From Iphione sp. A-MEVVRFRX5 (lineage: Eukaryota): DNA of 64,000 bases. The stretch covers positions 51,832,001 to 51,896,000 of the forward strand of contig OZ320321.1 in NCBI GenBank assembly GCA_976226885.1, in the 5' to 3' direction. A program made the position numbers and the translations under genes. The notes under the pieces are model-generated. The model was not told the DNA's origin and ran no database searches. It was given only the letters and a program-made list of their open reading frames with translations. Below are positions 23,603 to 34,647 of this stretch, piece after piece (within the stretch, counting starts at the first letter, position 1; each line of letters begins with the position of its first letter).

Positions 23603-26600
23603 CACAGGCATGTCCCGTTTATGTATGGAATGCCATCCCACCAAGCCTAGGAGGTGACAATTGCAATCAGCAATGTGTGAGAACATCAGGCATCTGGACA
23701 GTCTTTGAGCCTGTTGGAGTCACTCGAGGTGTCAAATATAATTGCTTTTCAATACTAAATCAAAGTGACAGCTGCTATTTGAGGGCTTTGCAGGTTCCGT
23801 CGGTGGTAAAATTCATGACCATGCAAAAGCTTTATTTGAATAGGCCCCAAGGGTTGCGTAATAGTCGTTTTTTTTGTAGAGAGGCATGCTCGAAATTTGG
23901 CTTGGCCATCCATATTGAAGACATTAGCTTATAATGGTAATGTATGGGAAATATTTCAGTTCTGCATCAAATCATCCACATTGGCGACGCATCCACATCC
24001 CAGACGTGTCCGTGAGGGGACATCGCACTGTACTAACTGACAAGCTTGGGAGGAAAATTTCTCTGCAGTTGGCAAAGGGCATGATGAAGAGGTAAATCAA
24101 GGTACGAACATTCTTGTAAATCTAGTCACTATGTCTAACAATACACACACGCATGCTTCTATATAATGATATACATGCACAGGCTTCATAGAAATCAGTG
24201 CTTATGGAGGTTACGGTGCGTCCCGTCCACTATGATATTATGCACTATACTCCGTGACGTACATGCACACGTCGCGCAATTCATCGCTAATGATGAATTG
24301 AGTCACTTCTCCTGCGCAATTACATGTACCTCTTCGTGTATTCTACCACGGCTCTGCACCCCTAATTCAATTGCCTGGGTACCCCAGAAAGAGATATATA
24401 GACAGAAAGAAAAGCTGTTTTGGCGCAAAGAACCTCAGTAACTCTTTCCGTACAAACCACCTGTGACAGTTTTATGTTCTGAAATGTTTCACACTACTCT
24501 AATTCACAGAATGAAAGGTGCACTTTGTTTCTCGAGCAGGCTCTCTGCAGTACAGAATACTAGGAAGACACTATCGTGCATGCTTTGAGAACGGTGTCAG
24601 TGAATTCCATAGGAAATTTTGTCAACCTTCACAAATGTGTAGAATCTTCGGCATATGTTTCTCCATCACACATAGGGTACCGCCCTCGCTTTTTTTCTAA
24701 CAGGTGGCTGCAGATTGACGATAAAAAGCTATCAGGCATATAAAACCATTAACCATAAACACCGTTTTGTAGTACATGTACATATATGCATTCGGCGTAT
24801 CGCTCGTACTTTTTGAAGCAAGGTTTTACCTTCAAGGCAGCCATTTAAGCAGAGACATTGATGCTGAAACGTTATTTTAACTTAAGAAATTTACTTTTGC
24901 TTCACTAGTTTTTGATACGTGTACATACCTGAATATGTGGGCCGAACTATCCTGCATATCTGTTGGTCCTTGGGTGTAAAACACATAGACTGTGAGCTAT
25001 AATATATGTAGAGTATTATGTAAATCAATTTCATTCGCAAGGCTTTGGCATTATGGGCCTTTCACGGATTTAAATAATGAACATTTCCTGAACAGTGTCT
25101 CTTAGAAAAAAGAAAGCAGATATTTTGGAAATTGTGGCCCTATTTTTGACTTGTAAAAACATGTGAACGTTTTTCGTTTCTCTAATGTGTAGTCGACACA
25201 TGTTCCTGGAATGTAGACATTATTAAGCCATGTTATTTAAAATACCTTCGAACTGCCATGTGCTCCCCATGCATGTCCTGATGACTATAGAATATACTAA
25301 TATACTAATAATTGCATGCAAGGTATTTCGAATGCATGTTTCCCGGGTCCTAATCAATAAAGCACCTATTTATGGACAACAGATAAAACCGTACCACACG
25401 AATTTCCATATACACATTGCTCTTTGTGCTTAATGGTGGATAAAATGAATGCACACAGATGTCAGTCTCTTGCAGAAGACAATGGTAATGAGGTAACCTA
25501 ATCAATTATTCAAACCCGAGCTAAATTATGAACATTCATGTGGTTTATGGGGGATATCCTTGTGGTTTCAGGCAGAGATGGCAGACCAAATCCGACTGCC
25601 ATCCATCGAATACCTAACAGCACTTTCAATGTACTTCATATCATTGGTATTTATTTTGTCATTATCAGTAGTAACGCCCGTTAAGTTTCAGAAGTATCTT
25701 TTTGTCTTTCTTCAATAACGTAAACTTTTCAATCGAAGCAGGCCTCTAACTCGGACTACTTGTTCCCTTTTCTGAGTAGCTTATCAAAAGAATTGGCAAT
25801 GTCATTGATTAAAGATAATACTTACCAGATGTTCAATTGCTTTAAAATTATAAAAAAAAATCTTTAGACGAAATTCCTTCCAAGTACATTTGCCCGTAGC
25901 TCAGCGAGACTAATTGCTGGCACGAATTAGTAGGCTACTTTGCAAGCACACATGGTGCAATATCAACCGACGGAGCAAATTTGCCATGTGCAATTGCGGT
26001 CTCGTTGATTAACGGGAAACATTACGGTGTATCGTAATACAGAAAGGTGCATTGGTGTAGGCACTCAATCTGTGTTTACTGATGCCGGCGTACACGTTTA
26101 CAAAAATGCGCCTGGGCTTTTTTTTGATGTGAGAAGGATGGAGAGATCGAGCCAGGTAAGCAGGGGTAGAGGCACTGGTTATGCCGCTCGAGCCAGTTTA
26201 CTGGTGGTCAGTTATAAAACATGCATGGGAGTGCTGTCTCTACACCCGGGCCGGAAGTACTACTGCACCACGAGGCAAAGGTCACTTCCACGATGGGAGA
26301 CTGAGTGAAGCCGGGCGGATGAGTTGTTGCATGTGGGCGGCACTAGGGGGAGCTGTTGGAGGCTGCCGTAGGAGTGGCTCGCCAACAAACACATCAACGC
26401 CGCACAGGTTCTGACGACAACTTTGTCACTCTAACGCGTTCTCTGTGCTGTAATCCTCGCCCTGTGGATTTAGATAGGAAACCAGCTATTAATGTTTTCC
26501 TATTCGATGTTATGATTTAAGACGTTGCAAATACATGTAACTTGTTATCTACTAGGGCAACGTGTATATTTTTCCCTCCTGATGATTGTGTCACCGTATA

Positions 26601-26949
26601 ATAGCGGTTAATTGAATAGATATGTTGTGTAATACAGCTCATAAATCATTCAAACGTACAAGCCACCGAGCGAACAGATATTCTCGTGGGGAACAATCTG
26701 CCTCGTGTGACCTGACGCCCGGCAACTGCCAGTTATTATACGACGACTTCACATGTCCGTTTCGGAGATGGCATATGATTTGCATCACATTTGACTTGAA
26801 GTTTGGGGGCGCTGTCAGAGCTATTTTCTAACTGCAAGCTTTGAGCATACTCTGTACTGATGTACAATCTCTCTCTGTGTGTATGGGCCGTTCGTTGGAA
26901 AGAAGAGTCTGTTTTGTATTTTATGTCTGTAGGTGCATATGGCATTTTA

Positions 26950-28871
26950 CAGAGGGTCCACAGCTATCACGCCATGTATGAATTCCTATCCATCAGAAAT
27001 GGAAGCGGTAGCTTATATAGTGAAATACATGTCCACATTGCAACGATGAAACCGGATGGAAAAACAGTGATCGGATGAGAACAATACCGAAACTGAAATG
27101 CATGTACAGCTTTTAATCTGCTGCTACCAAATCGAGTACATTGCAGAGATACCTGCCTTTTAACACCGACCGATGCTATTTACGGGGGCTTTCTACTTCC
27201 CCCAGGTAATTTCAGCCACAAATCCGAGTATTTTATCCCGTGTAAATGCAAATCTGGCAGTAGAAGTGCTTGTGAGCACCGCGTTCTTTCACGACCCTTC
27301 GTTTTTTTCACAGATGACTCTTGTTTTGTATGTACCTACGAGGGAGATGCATTAATACGATGCGCCAAGTTGATAAGGTTGACAGTTGGCTGATGGAGGT
27401 TAGCCAAGATACATGTAAATAACCTCCGGGGAGACGTACAATAACACCGAGTATATATATGCACCGCGTATCGACGTACATCTAGATTACTTTACATATC
27501 ACACGCACAGTTGTGGCCTCAAGCAATGTCAGGTCACCATGGAAGCCGAAAACATATGCTCGTGTTTAGGTTAGCATACTCAGGGGAAGAACTGCCCTTT
27601 TGGATGTGTCGAAACATCACTAATCTGTCGACTATATTCAAATATAATGATATTGTATGTTTACGTAGATATAATTTCTCGTGGGGATGAGGAGCATCCA
27701 CACTTGACCAAAATGGATACCAATATTCTGCGAACATGTCGCGCTTTAAACGTGGGCCTGCACGCCATGTTGACTGTTCAGATATTGCTGGATGGAGACG
27801 TCTTCAACAGTGAAGGATGAAGAACCGTACTGGAACATTGTTAAATATGATGGAGGTAAATTCGTGTGGAATAGTGCGGGACCCTTACTGACAATTCCAA
27901 AGTCATTGCAGACAGTGCCAGCGGGAGTACTCCATTGACATAAATTTCCGAAGACTCCACATTCCACCGTCAGTCGCATTAGGAGCTATTTTCGTCTTCT
28001 ACGCTGTAATATCGTTAGAACGGAAGAGAAAACCTAGTTAGGAAAGAAAAGGTCATGGCAAGGAGAACCCTGCCTTACGGTGTGGCAGAACACAAAAGTG
28101 CAATTGCTCTTGGGAAATGGGTATCAGATTGCCGCCCATGCACTGTCAAAGCAGCGGAGATGGAAATGCCCCGCGGTGACGTAAGTGTAGTTTCTCTTGA
28201 CGGTCATAGATTGGCATTCTCTAACAACTGGTTCATGCACTTTGATTACGGACGCTCCGCTAGCAGTGTCCTCCTCCAGCCACACATCGAAGAGTTGTCC
28301 ACCTATAAATTATATATGCCAAATAAGTAGTGTGCTTGCATATTGTTATGGGTACGCGACGCATTCACTGTCTGCATCATACCACCCTTGGTTATCCCAT
28401 TGTGACGTATGTAAACATTGGAACGGTATTCCTTGTAGCAGGCATTCAACTTGAAATTTTTCTTTTTAGATTCTGTAATAAAGCTTAATTGCGTTGTCAT
28501 TCAATATACATATAACATGTATATATATAGGCCTACATACGTGTAATTATAATACAGCGTTTCAATAAGATAAATACGTGTAGGTTGTTCACTTGGCATC
28601 TAGTGTAAGTGTTAATGTGTCTTGCAGTGTAAGAGTAACTTTATTTTATGAATCCTAACACACTAATAAAACTTGGGGGAAAAGCAACAGAAATATACAC
28701 GTTGACCATAATCAAACATCGAGAGATGGGAAAGCAGGTCTTAGGCAAACTATCGATTTCAGGCAAGCTCTCGATGCCCGTGTCACCCAGTGATTCGCGT
28801 TCGCCTATGGATGACTTGATATGTATGGCGGTCATTAGTCAGAGGTCTCATCTGAACATGGAACTTCAACC
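26950..28871 (-). pseudogene. Most complete nAChR-like pseudogene copy (N-terminus through M4)
   Basis: The exon from 28871 has QMRPLTNDRHTYQV and IMVNVYI. Exon 28302-28079 has DVWL...C..YPFPKSNCTFVF with an in-frame TGA at 28126-28124. A 75-nt GT-AG intron follows in the same phase, then QW..GT, KGPALFHTNLPPSYL (pre-M1/M1), EDVSI, FAEYWY, LYLRKH and LYLNIVDRLVMFR (MX), and DKILGFVAEI (MA) and IVLIRSLFF (M4) near 27090. Confidence 0.7.
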
Positions 28872-29240
28872 CTGACAGGTGATCAAAGCTGTTTTCATCG
28901 GAAACGTTGCTTTCGTTAGCTCATGTATGAAAATCTGTCGAATCACTGTCGAATCACTATGCTGCCATCTAGGCAGGGCTAACCAAGACTTCTCGACACG
29001 TCGTACCCTCGTCACCCCATAGCCTAGTTACTATGTGCCCTGCAAAAATTCCTTCCCACTCCATATAATAATGACCTTGTCACTCTATACCCTATCTTGA
29101 AAAAAAACTACATATTCTCTATGGATAATTGACGTCTTAAAGTATAATCGACATATAATAATATCCCTCCTATCCCTCATCCAATCCTATGCCCTATTCC
29201 TGTCATTTTTCATTACATTAAAAGTGTCCATTCTCTAATT

Positions 29241-30420
29241 TCATACCATTTCACACCATCCGCAAACATAGCCTAGCCTTTCGGGTACGGAATGACAGGC
29301 ACTCCGGCTATCAACCGAGAGTATAATGTGACAATAGAACATACTACTTACTTTAGTGTAGTTTTTCTTAGACCAACCCGAGGACCGAAATTGCAGGCAG
29401 TAGAGCACCATCAGTTTCATAATAAGAAGGCGTCTTTCCATACTTATGAAAGAAATACTATTTTTCTCACGGATGGGGTAGAAATAGCACCATTTCTCTC
29501 CTATAGCCATGTGTAAATAATTCTAGATGTTAATCCCAGAGTAGGAGTAATCAGTAGCTATACCCTTTACGTTTTCGCGCATGCGTTCGGTATATAGTTC
29601 TGATGACCTCTTCTGCGTGCAACCTACATATATCTGTTTCTGTTAGATGCATTTGGTGGAAAATGTGCACAGACAAATAGTAATGGAAAGCTATAACCAT
29701 ACAATGTAGCCCTTACTTAAATACACAAGTTTAGAATAAATGTGTTTCCGAATAATCCTAAATGCAGAAACTTCGGGTAGCTTTCTTGCATGCCTTAATA
29801 CAACGACAGGTGTACATAACAATTATCGTTATACATATTTATTCCCGAGCAATTTACTCCTGTTATACTCAGTATTTCCGCCTGTACATTCCCGCTTTCC
29901 TCACTGAGTTTGACCTTCGACTTGTTGTTGTGGTCGTGGTCGACCCATTCGTCATTTACCACCTTCAAATACTAAACAAGGACTAGCATTTGCAGGAAGG
30001 GGCAGCAAACAATCAAGCGCAGGAAAAGGTCAATGGCCACCGTATTTTCGACAAAGGGAAGCTACTGTTTCAACAATGTAATCGTCAGATGACTGTCACA
30101 TATTTGCTATAATATTTTAAGTAATGCGCTGACGGAACGGCGACTTCTGGTCAAAACCGTGTTATGTTACGGGATATTGTTAAAGTGATAATGGATTCGC
30201 TAGAAATTATACACGTATATAGAGAGTGGTTCCTCCCTAAGCAACATTTTCTGTTCCTAGGGCTCTGTTGGTCATATGAACCTTGTCACTTGTGGAAATA
30301 GCAAATACTAATGTGTCTCATGAAGTGTTTTGAAGACATTGGTCTGTGGCACCTCTTGTTTGTTCAAGGTGTTTCTGAGCGACCTCACCTCTTCCCCCTG
30401 TCCCACACTGGCTGACGGAA
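29241..30420 (-). pseudogene. nAChR-like remnant directly 3' of the LINE poly(A)
   Basis: QTNVF and RFI*PTEP*EQK (about 30345-30250), VVNDEWV (about 29960-29940) and IGEKWCYF (ORF 29241-29510). The individual matches are weak but correctly ordered. Confidence 0.35.
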
Positions 30421-30684
30421 GTTTTTTTTTTTTTTTTTTTTTTTTATTCAGATATTTCACCTGGCAAGATTATGTTGCCAGGATTTGACTACATCGAGAT
30501 TGTAAGGCTTTTCTTAGTGACTATATACATGGACAGCTATGTACAGTATACACACGAATATATACAATATTTACATATATATACAGATATATATACATAG
30601 GTAATCGATAAGAATGGTCTTAATGTAGGACATGGGGAAGTAATAGCAGGTCTAGGTGATTGTACTTTATTGATCCCTATGTTC

Positions 30685-33516
30685 CTAATGTACCCTCAAG
30701 TTCTCCTTCGAGAGCTTGTTAATGAGATGTTTTTTGAGTTCTTTCTTAAATAGAGGTTTATTAGTTATTTTCATAGCATCTGGAAGGCGGTTCCATTCGA
30801 GTAGAGTTTGATACAAAGGACTGGTTCTGTAATGGTTAGTTTTTGGACGATTCGTAGGAATTTGAGCATTTCTTAGTCTATTGGTTTGCTTAATAACCAT
30901 GAATCGAGTCTGTAGATAGTCATGATGTATTGTTAGTGAGTAATAGGTGCTTTTACCCCGGAACGGTAAGATATTATTTGCTTTCATAATGGTCGAATAA
31001 TCATTTCCTACTGGTCGAAATACTATTCTCACTGCCTTGAGTAGTTGTTTCTCAAGTCTGAGAAAAAGTGGTGAGTCGTAGCACTTAATAGAGCCTATAC
31101 CATATTCCAAGTTGGGAATAAAGTAACTCTTCAAAACTAAAATATTTGCCTTTTTGTCCACGAGATTAGAGGCATGTTTTAGCAAGTTCAGTAGTGAGTA
31201 TGATTTCTTTATTTTACAAGTTAATTCGTCCACCATGCTCAGTGTCGAGTCAAGTAAGAAGCCTAGATATTTGTACCTAGGGACTTGGTTAATTATATGG
31301 TCATTAATTTTAATGTTGAGTTTCTCATTCCTTAGCTTGCTTCTAGGCCTGGTGAATAGCATAGATTCAGTTTTAGTGTAATTGATTGATATTCCATTGT
31401 CCTTACACCAGTTACTTAGCTTCAAGATGTTTTGATTGAGATTACTTTGTACTTGGTCCAAATTTTGACCACTGCATAGTATTACCGTGTCGTCAGCATA
31501 CATGATCGTTAGGCAATTTTGTAGTTCTGAAAGACAATCATTAATAAACAAGCTGAAGAGCATCGGCCCTATTGTACTTCCTTGGGGTACACCGAGCTTC
31601 AAGGGGTGTTCCTTCGAGTATGATCCATTGACTTTGGTTATGATTGATCGGTTAGCAAGGTAGTTCTCAAACCAGGAGGCTGTTTGCCCCAGACCCATTT
31701 TAAGTAGTTTTTTGATCAATACAGGATGTTGAAGGGAGTCGAAAGCTTTCCTGTAGTCTATGAAGAGTGCCCCTACTACCTCACCCTCGTTTAGTTTATC
31801 ATAGATGTAGCCTAATAATTTGTCTAGCGCTTGCACTGTGGAACGTCCCTTACGAAATCCAAATTGATTTTCAGAGAGTAAGTCATTGCTCTCTACGAAT
31901 TTCATAGTTTGATCGAATACTATTGTTTCCAATATCTTACAGGGTAGGGGTAGGATGCTGATAGGTCGGTAGGAGTTAGGGTCAGTCCTGGGACCTTTGC
32001 CTTTATAGAGTGGTGTTATGGTAGCTGTTTTCCAGCATCTCGGAATAATATTGTTTTCAAGAGAGCAGTTGATAAGATGAGTGAATTGACTTGCAAGAAT
32101 TCGAGCACACCGTAAGAAAACTCTAGTATTACAATAGCTAAGACCACTAGGTTTTGCTTTGTTGATACCATCAATAATTTTCAAGAACACATTAGTAGAT
32201 ACTTTGTTGAAAACTAACTCTGTTTTTGCTTTCTTAATGCCCGAGACAGTCAGATGGCTATCAATATTATATGTAGAGTTACCAATGGTAGCAAAATGGT
32301 GGTTCAATTTCTTTGCAACTTCAGAGTTTGTGAGTTGCTGATTATTTTCCCAGATGCTAATAGGCGGTGAGCTTTTACTTTTGCCTAGCAGTGACGATAG
32401 TATTCTCCAATAGCTTTTTGGGTTGTGCTGATTTCGTGTTAACTGTTCTTGGATAAATGTAGCCTTTTCACGATGTAGTCTTTCACGTACTACAGCCTTC
32501 TGGTGTTGTGCTCTATTAAAAAGGGACTGATTTTTTAGTCTAAGTGCGCTCTTATATAGTCTGTTCTTTTCAGTTATAAGTCTCCTAGTGTCATCTGATA
32601 TCCAGATACTCTGTTCCTTAAAAGAAGCTGAATGTTTTATGGGCCAGATCGCATTGATAGTGTTTTCTAACTGTTTGGAGATGAAGTTCCATAGATAATC
32701 AGGGTCTCTTTCTTCGAAAAATCGAGACCAGTCTGATCCCATCAGGACTTTTTCAAGTTGGATATCGTGGACATCATTCCATGGGCGATATGGCAAGTAA
32801 GTTTTGTCTACCGGCGCTGTATCAAGGTTAATGTCCAGTTTTATACTATAATGATCACTTAAAAAAGTTTGAAGGACCTTTGTTTTCACTACTAGATTAT
32901 TGCTCAAAAAGGCTAGATCCAGACAGCTCTTACTTGTCATACTTACCCGCGTTGGGGATTTTACACATTGAGTTAGCGAGTAGTTGTGGCATACATGTTC
33001 AAGTTCATTATAAGGCATATTGTGTTTTTTAAGGGCGTCTATATTGAAATCACCGATCAGTACAACATTGGAGGTTAAGTCACAAATGTGTTCCAGCTGC
33101 TCATCAATAGTATGTAGGAACTCGTTAAGTTGACCAGCTGGGGGTCTGTAAATTAGACCTATAGTAATCTGATGTTTGGGTGCAGTGATTAGGTTAACCC
33201 ATATTATTTCAATGTTCCTGTTCGAAAGCGCATAATGAGCGAATTTGGTGCTATCTGCTTGTATATAGCTCTTGATGTAAAGTAGGATGCCTCCTCCAAT
33301 ATTATACGTTCTATCAAGTCTTGTTATGTTATATCCCGGTACATTAACGCAGGCATTTGGTATAGAATTTGTTAACCATGATTCAGAAATGGCGATTACA
33401 TCCGGGTCATGTGGAGTTATTAAACCTTCAAGTTCAGTAATCTTATTCTTAAGACTTCGAATGTTGAGATGAAGAACTTTTAGGTACCTTACATTTTCTT
33501 TGTTTTTTCTTGACAT
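30685..33516 (-). CDS. LINE ORF2: apurinic-like endonuclease plus reverse transcriptase (943 aa)
   Basis: APE motifs HLNIRSL, ISESWL, IYRPP, GDFNID, LDL and SDHY. RT motifs YRPISILP, QFGFRKGRST, DYRKAFDS, GVPQGSTIGPMLF, YADD (31500-31489) and KYLG. No stops. Confidence 0.97.
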   Translation of the reverse strand: MSRKNKENVRYLKVLHLNIRSLKNKITELEGLITPHDPDVIAISESWLTNSIPNACVNVPGYNITRLDRTYNIGGGILLYIKSYIQADSTKFAHYALSNRNIEIIWVNLITAPKHQITIGLIYRPPAGQLNEFLHTIDEQLEHICDLTSNVVLIGDFNIDALKKHNMPYNELEHVCHNYSLTQCVKSPTRVSMTSKSCLDLAFLSNNLVVKTKVLQTFLSDHYSIKLDINLDTAPVDKTYLPYRPWNDVHDIQLEKVLMGSDWSRFFEERDPDYLWNFISKQLENTINAIWPIKHSASFKEQSIWISDDTRRLITEKNRLYKSALRLKNQSLFNRAQHQKAVVRERLHREKATFIQEQLTRNQHNPKSYWRILSSLLGKSKSSPPISIWENNQQLTNSEVAKKLNHHFATIGNSTYNIDSHLTVSGIKKAKTELVFNKVSTNVFLKIIDGINKAKPSGLSYCNTRVFLRCARILASQFTHLINCSLENNIIPRCWKTATITPLYKGKGPRTDPNSYRPISILPLPCKILETIVFDQTMKFVESNDLLSENQFGFRKGRSTVQALDKLLGYIYDKLNEGEVVGALFIDYRKAFDSLQHPVLIKKLLKMGLGQTASWFENYLANRSIITKVNGSYSKEHPLKLGVPQGSTIGPMLFSLFINDCLSELQNCLTIMYADDTVILCSGQNLDQVQSNLNQNILKLSNWCKDNGISINYTKTESMLFTRPRSKLRNEKLNIKINDHIINQVPRYKYLGFLLDSTLSMVDELTCKIKKSYSLLNLLKHASNLVDKKANILVLKSYFIPNLEYGIGSIKCYDSPLFLRLEKQLLKAVRIVFRPVGNDYSTIMKANNILPFRGKSTYYSLTIHHDYLQTRFMVIKQTNRLRNAQIPTNRPKTNHYRTSPLYQTLLEWNRLPDAMKITNKPLFKKELKKHLINKLSKENLRVH

Positions 33517-33954
33517 AAAATAAGTCTATCTAAATTTAGAAAAAATCGATATAATTAAATTTAAACTAAAATAAAATAAGGTTCCCTCGATAGTTGATAA
33601 GGGAGTGTCGATTAATGGCGGACCGGGGGAGATTGCTAGTAAAAAAGACATTCAACCAGGTCTCTATCGAGGCCAGTGGCCGCTTGTGCTAGAAGCTTGT
33701 CATTTATTCGTACAATGACAATGACAATGACAGTAATATAGGAGGTAATTGAATATATAATCACAGTGTAAACAATCGGACTGTCACAGGTAGGAAAACC
33801 GAGCTATGTACAATCAAGTTGTTGGAATACCACATATATTATCTGCTATGAGTCACATGCTGAACCCTCGCTACGATGTGAGAAATACAGCAACTCTGAG
33901 TGATACAACGTCTCTGGGTCTCCTAAAGCGAGACCTGCTGAAACAAAGTGGTGA

Positions 33955-34638
33955 TCATTCATGGAGTTTAGCTAAGAATTTAACGAACTTGGTCACCATT
34001 TCACGTTGCCCCTGCTGGTTCAGATGACAGCCATCCACTAGTAGCTGGTGTCGGTTGGTGTCTCTGCCGTTCGATCTGCCGTGTATGATGCTCCCGATGT
34101 GAGGTGTTGTGAGACCATGGGATTGGTTGAAAGCACGAATTCCGTTGTTGATTTCATGCATTGCCTCATTCAGTGCGAATTGGACAGCATTAGACGTCTT
34201 CCCTGAAATGTATTCTCCACGCAGGTGACTATTATAGTTTTGCAAATCAGGACAGAAGAACTCAGAGTATGCAACAAATGAAAATGGGAAACGCTTAGAG
34301 ATTCTGTTGAAGCTAGTTTGGAACAGCAGTGACATTCTAAGAGGAATATTGGATATGTCGTCATCCGGCAAGTAGACCTGCTTGCAGATTCTACCATCAT
34401 TTAGTACACATTGTCTGTTCAGGGCAGTAACGTCATTTGTGCCAACCAACATGACAATATAAAGAGGTGAGCAATCAAAAGGAAAGTCAAGTACCTTTTT
34501 AGTGAGTTCACCACACCCGACCCCCGGGTAGAACTCCACTGTCACGTTAAGTCCTCTATTCCTCAGATCACGCTCCAAATTCCTCCCATGAGAATCCGAG
34601 AAGATGAAAACGGACTCCGGACATTTTGGTTGATTCAT
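33955..34638 (-). CDS. LINE accessory ORF: SGNH/GDSL-type esterase (227 aa)
   Basis: All SGNH blocks are present: FSDS16HG (block I), YPG39 (II), GTN68D (III) and D202GCH205 (V). The catalytic triad is intact. Esterases are established cargo of some CR1/L2/RTE-group elements. Confidence 0.9.
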   Translation of the reverse strand: MNQPKCPESVFIFSDSHGRNLERDLRNRGLNVTVEFYPGVGCGELTKKVLDFPFDCSPLYIVMLVGTNDVTALNRQCVLNDGRICKQVYLPDDDISNIPLRMSLLFQTSFNRISKRFPFSFVAYSEFFCPDLQNYNSHLRGEYISGKTSNAVQFALNEAMHEINNGIRAFNQSHGLTTPHIGSIIHGRSNGRDTNRHQLLVDGCHLNQQGQREMVTKFVKFLAKLHE

Positions 34639-34647
34639 GATAAGTCA

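Larger units (their letters stand above)
21804..24030 (-). mobile_element. Tigger/pogo (Tc1-mariner superfamily) DNA transposon, defective
   Basis: It encloses a degenerate pogo transposase. Putative imperfect TIRs are TA|caggggagtgtcccgattccggacac (21804) and gtgtccgtgaggggacatcgcactg|TA (24030), about 17/26 identical and both TA-flanked. The ends are less certain than the transposase. Confidence 0.65.
21319..26420 (-). pseudogene. Decayed nAChR-like copy split by a Tigger insertion
   Basis: About 26330-26170: QQLIRPA / SPIVEVTFA...VNWL. About 24400-24340: CLYISFWGTQAIEL. After the transposon: LRPCRPVY...PC, LLPIDSME (compare LLPADSGE), FILSIALTQVLTI and MCLWKRIIFL (compare MPxWVRKIFL) in ORF 21319-21684. 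The order is native. Confidence 0.55.

Noticed and set aside
26372-26415. Plus-strand EWLANKHINAAQVL resembles a Ulp1/SENP-like TE protease motif
   Set aside because: It is an isolated 14-residue match with no catalytic His/Asp/Cys segments. The minus strand of the same stretch gives receptor N-terminal motifs consistent with the array.
28124-28126. In-frame TGA within a spliced exon as possible selenocysteine
   Set aside because: The same gene copy has TAG/TAA stops and frameshifts, and no SECIS was recognised. Plain nonsense decay explains it.
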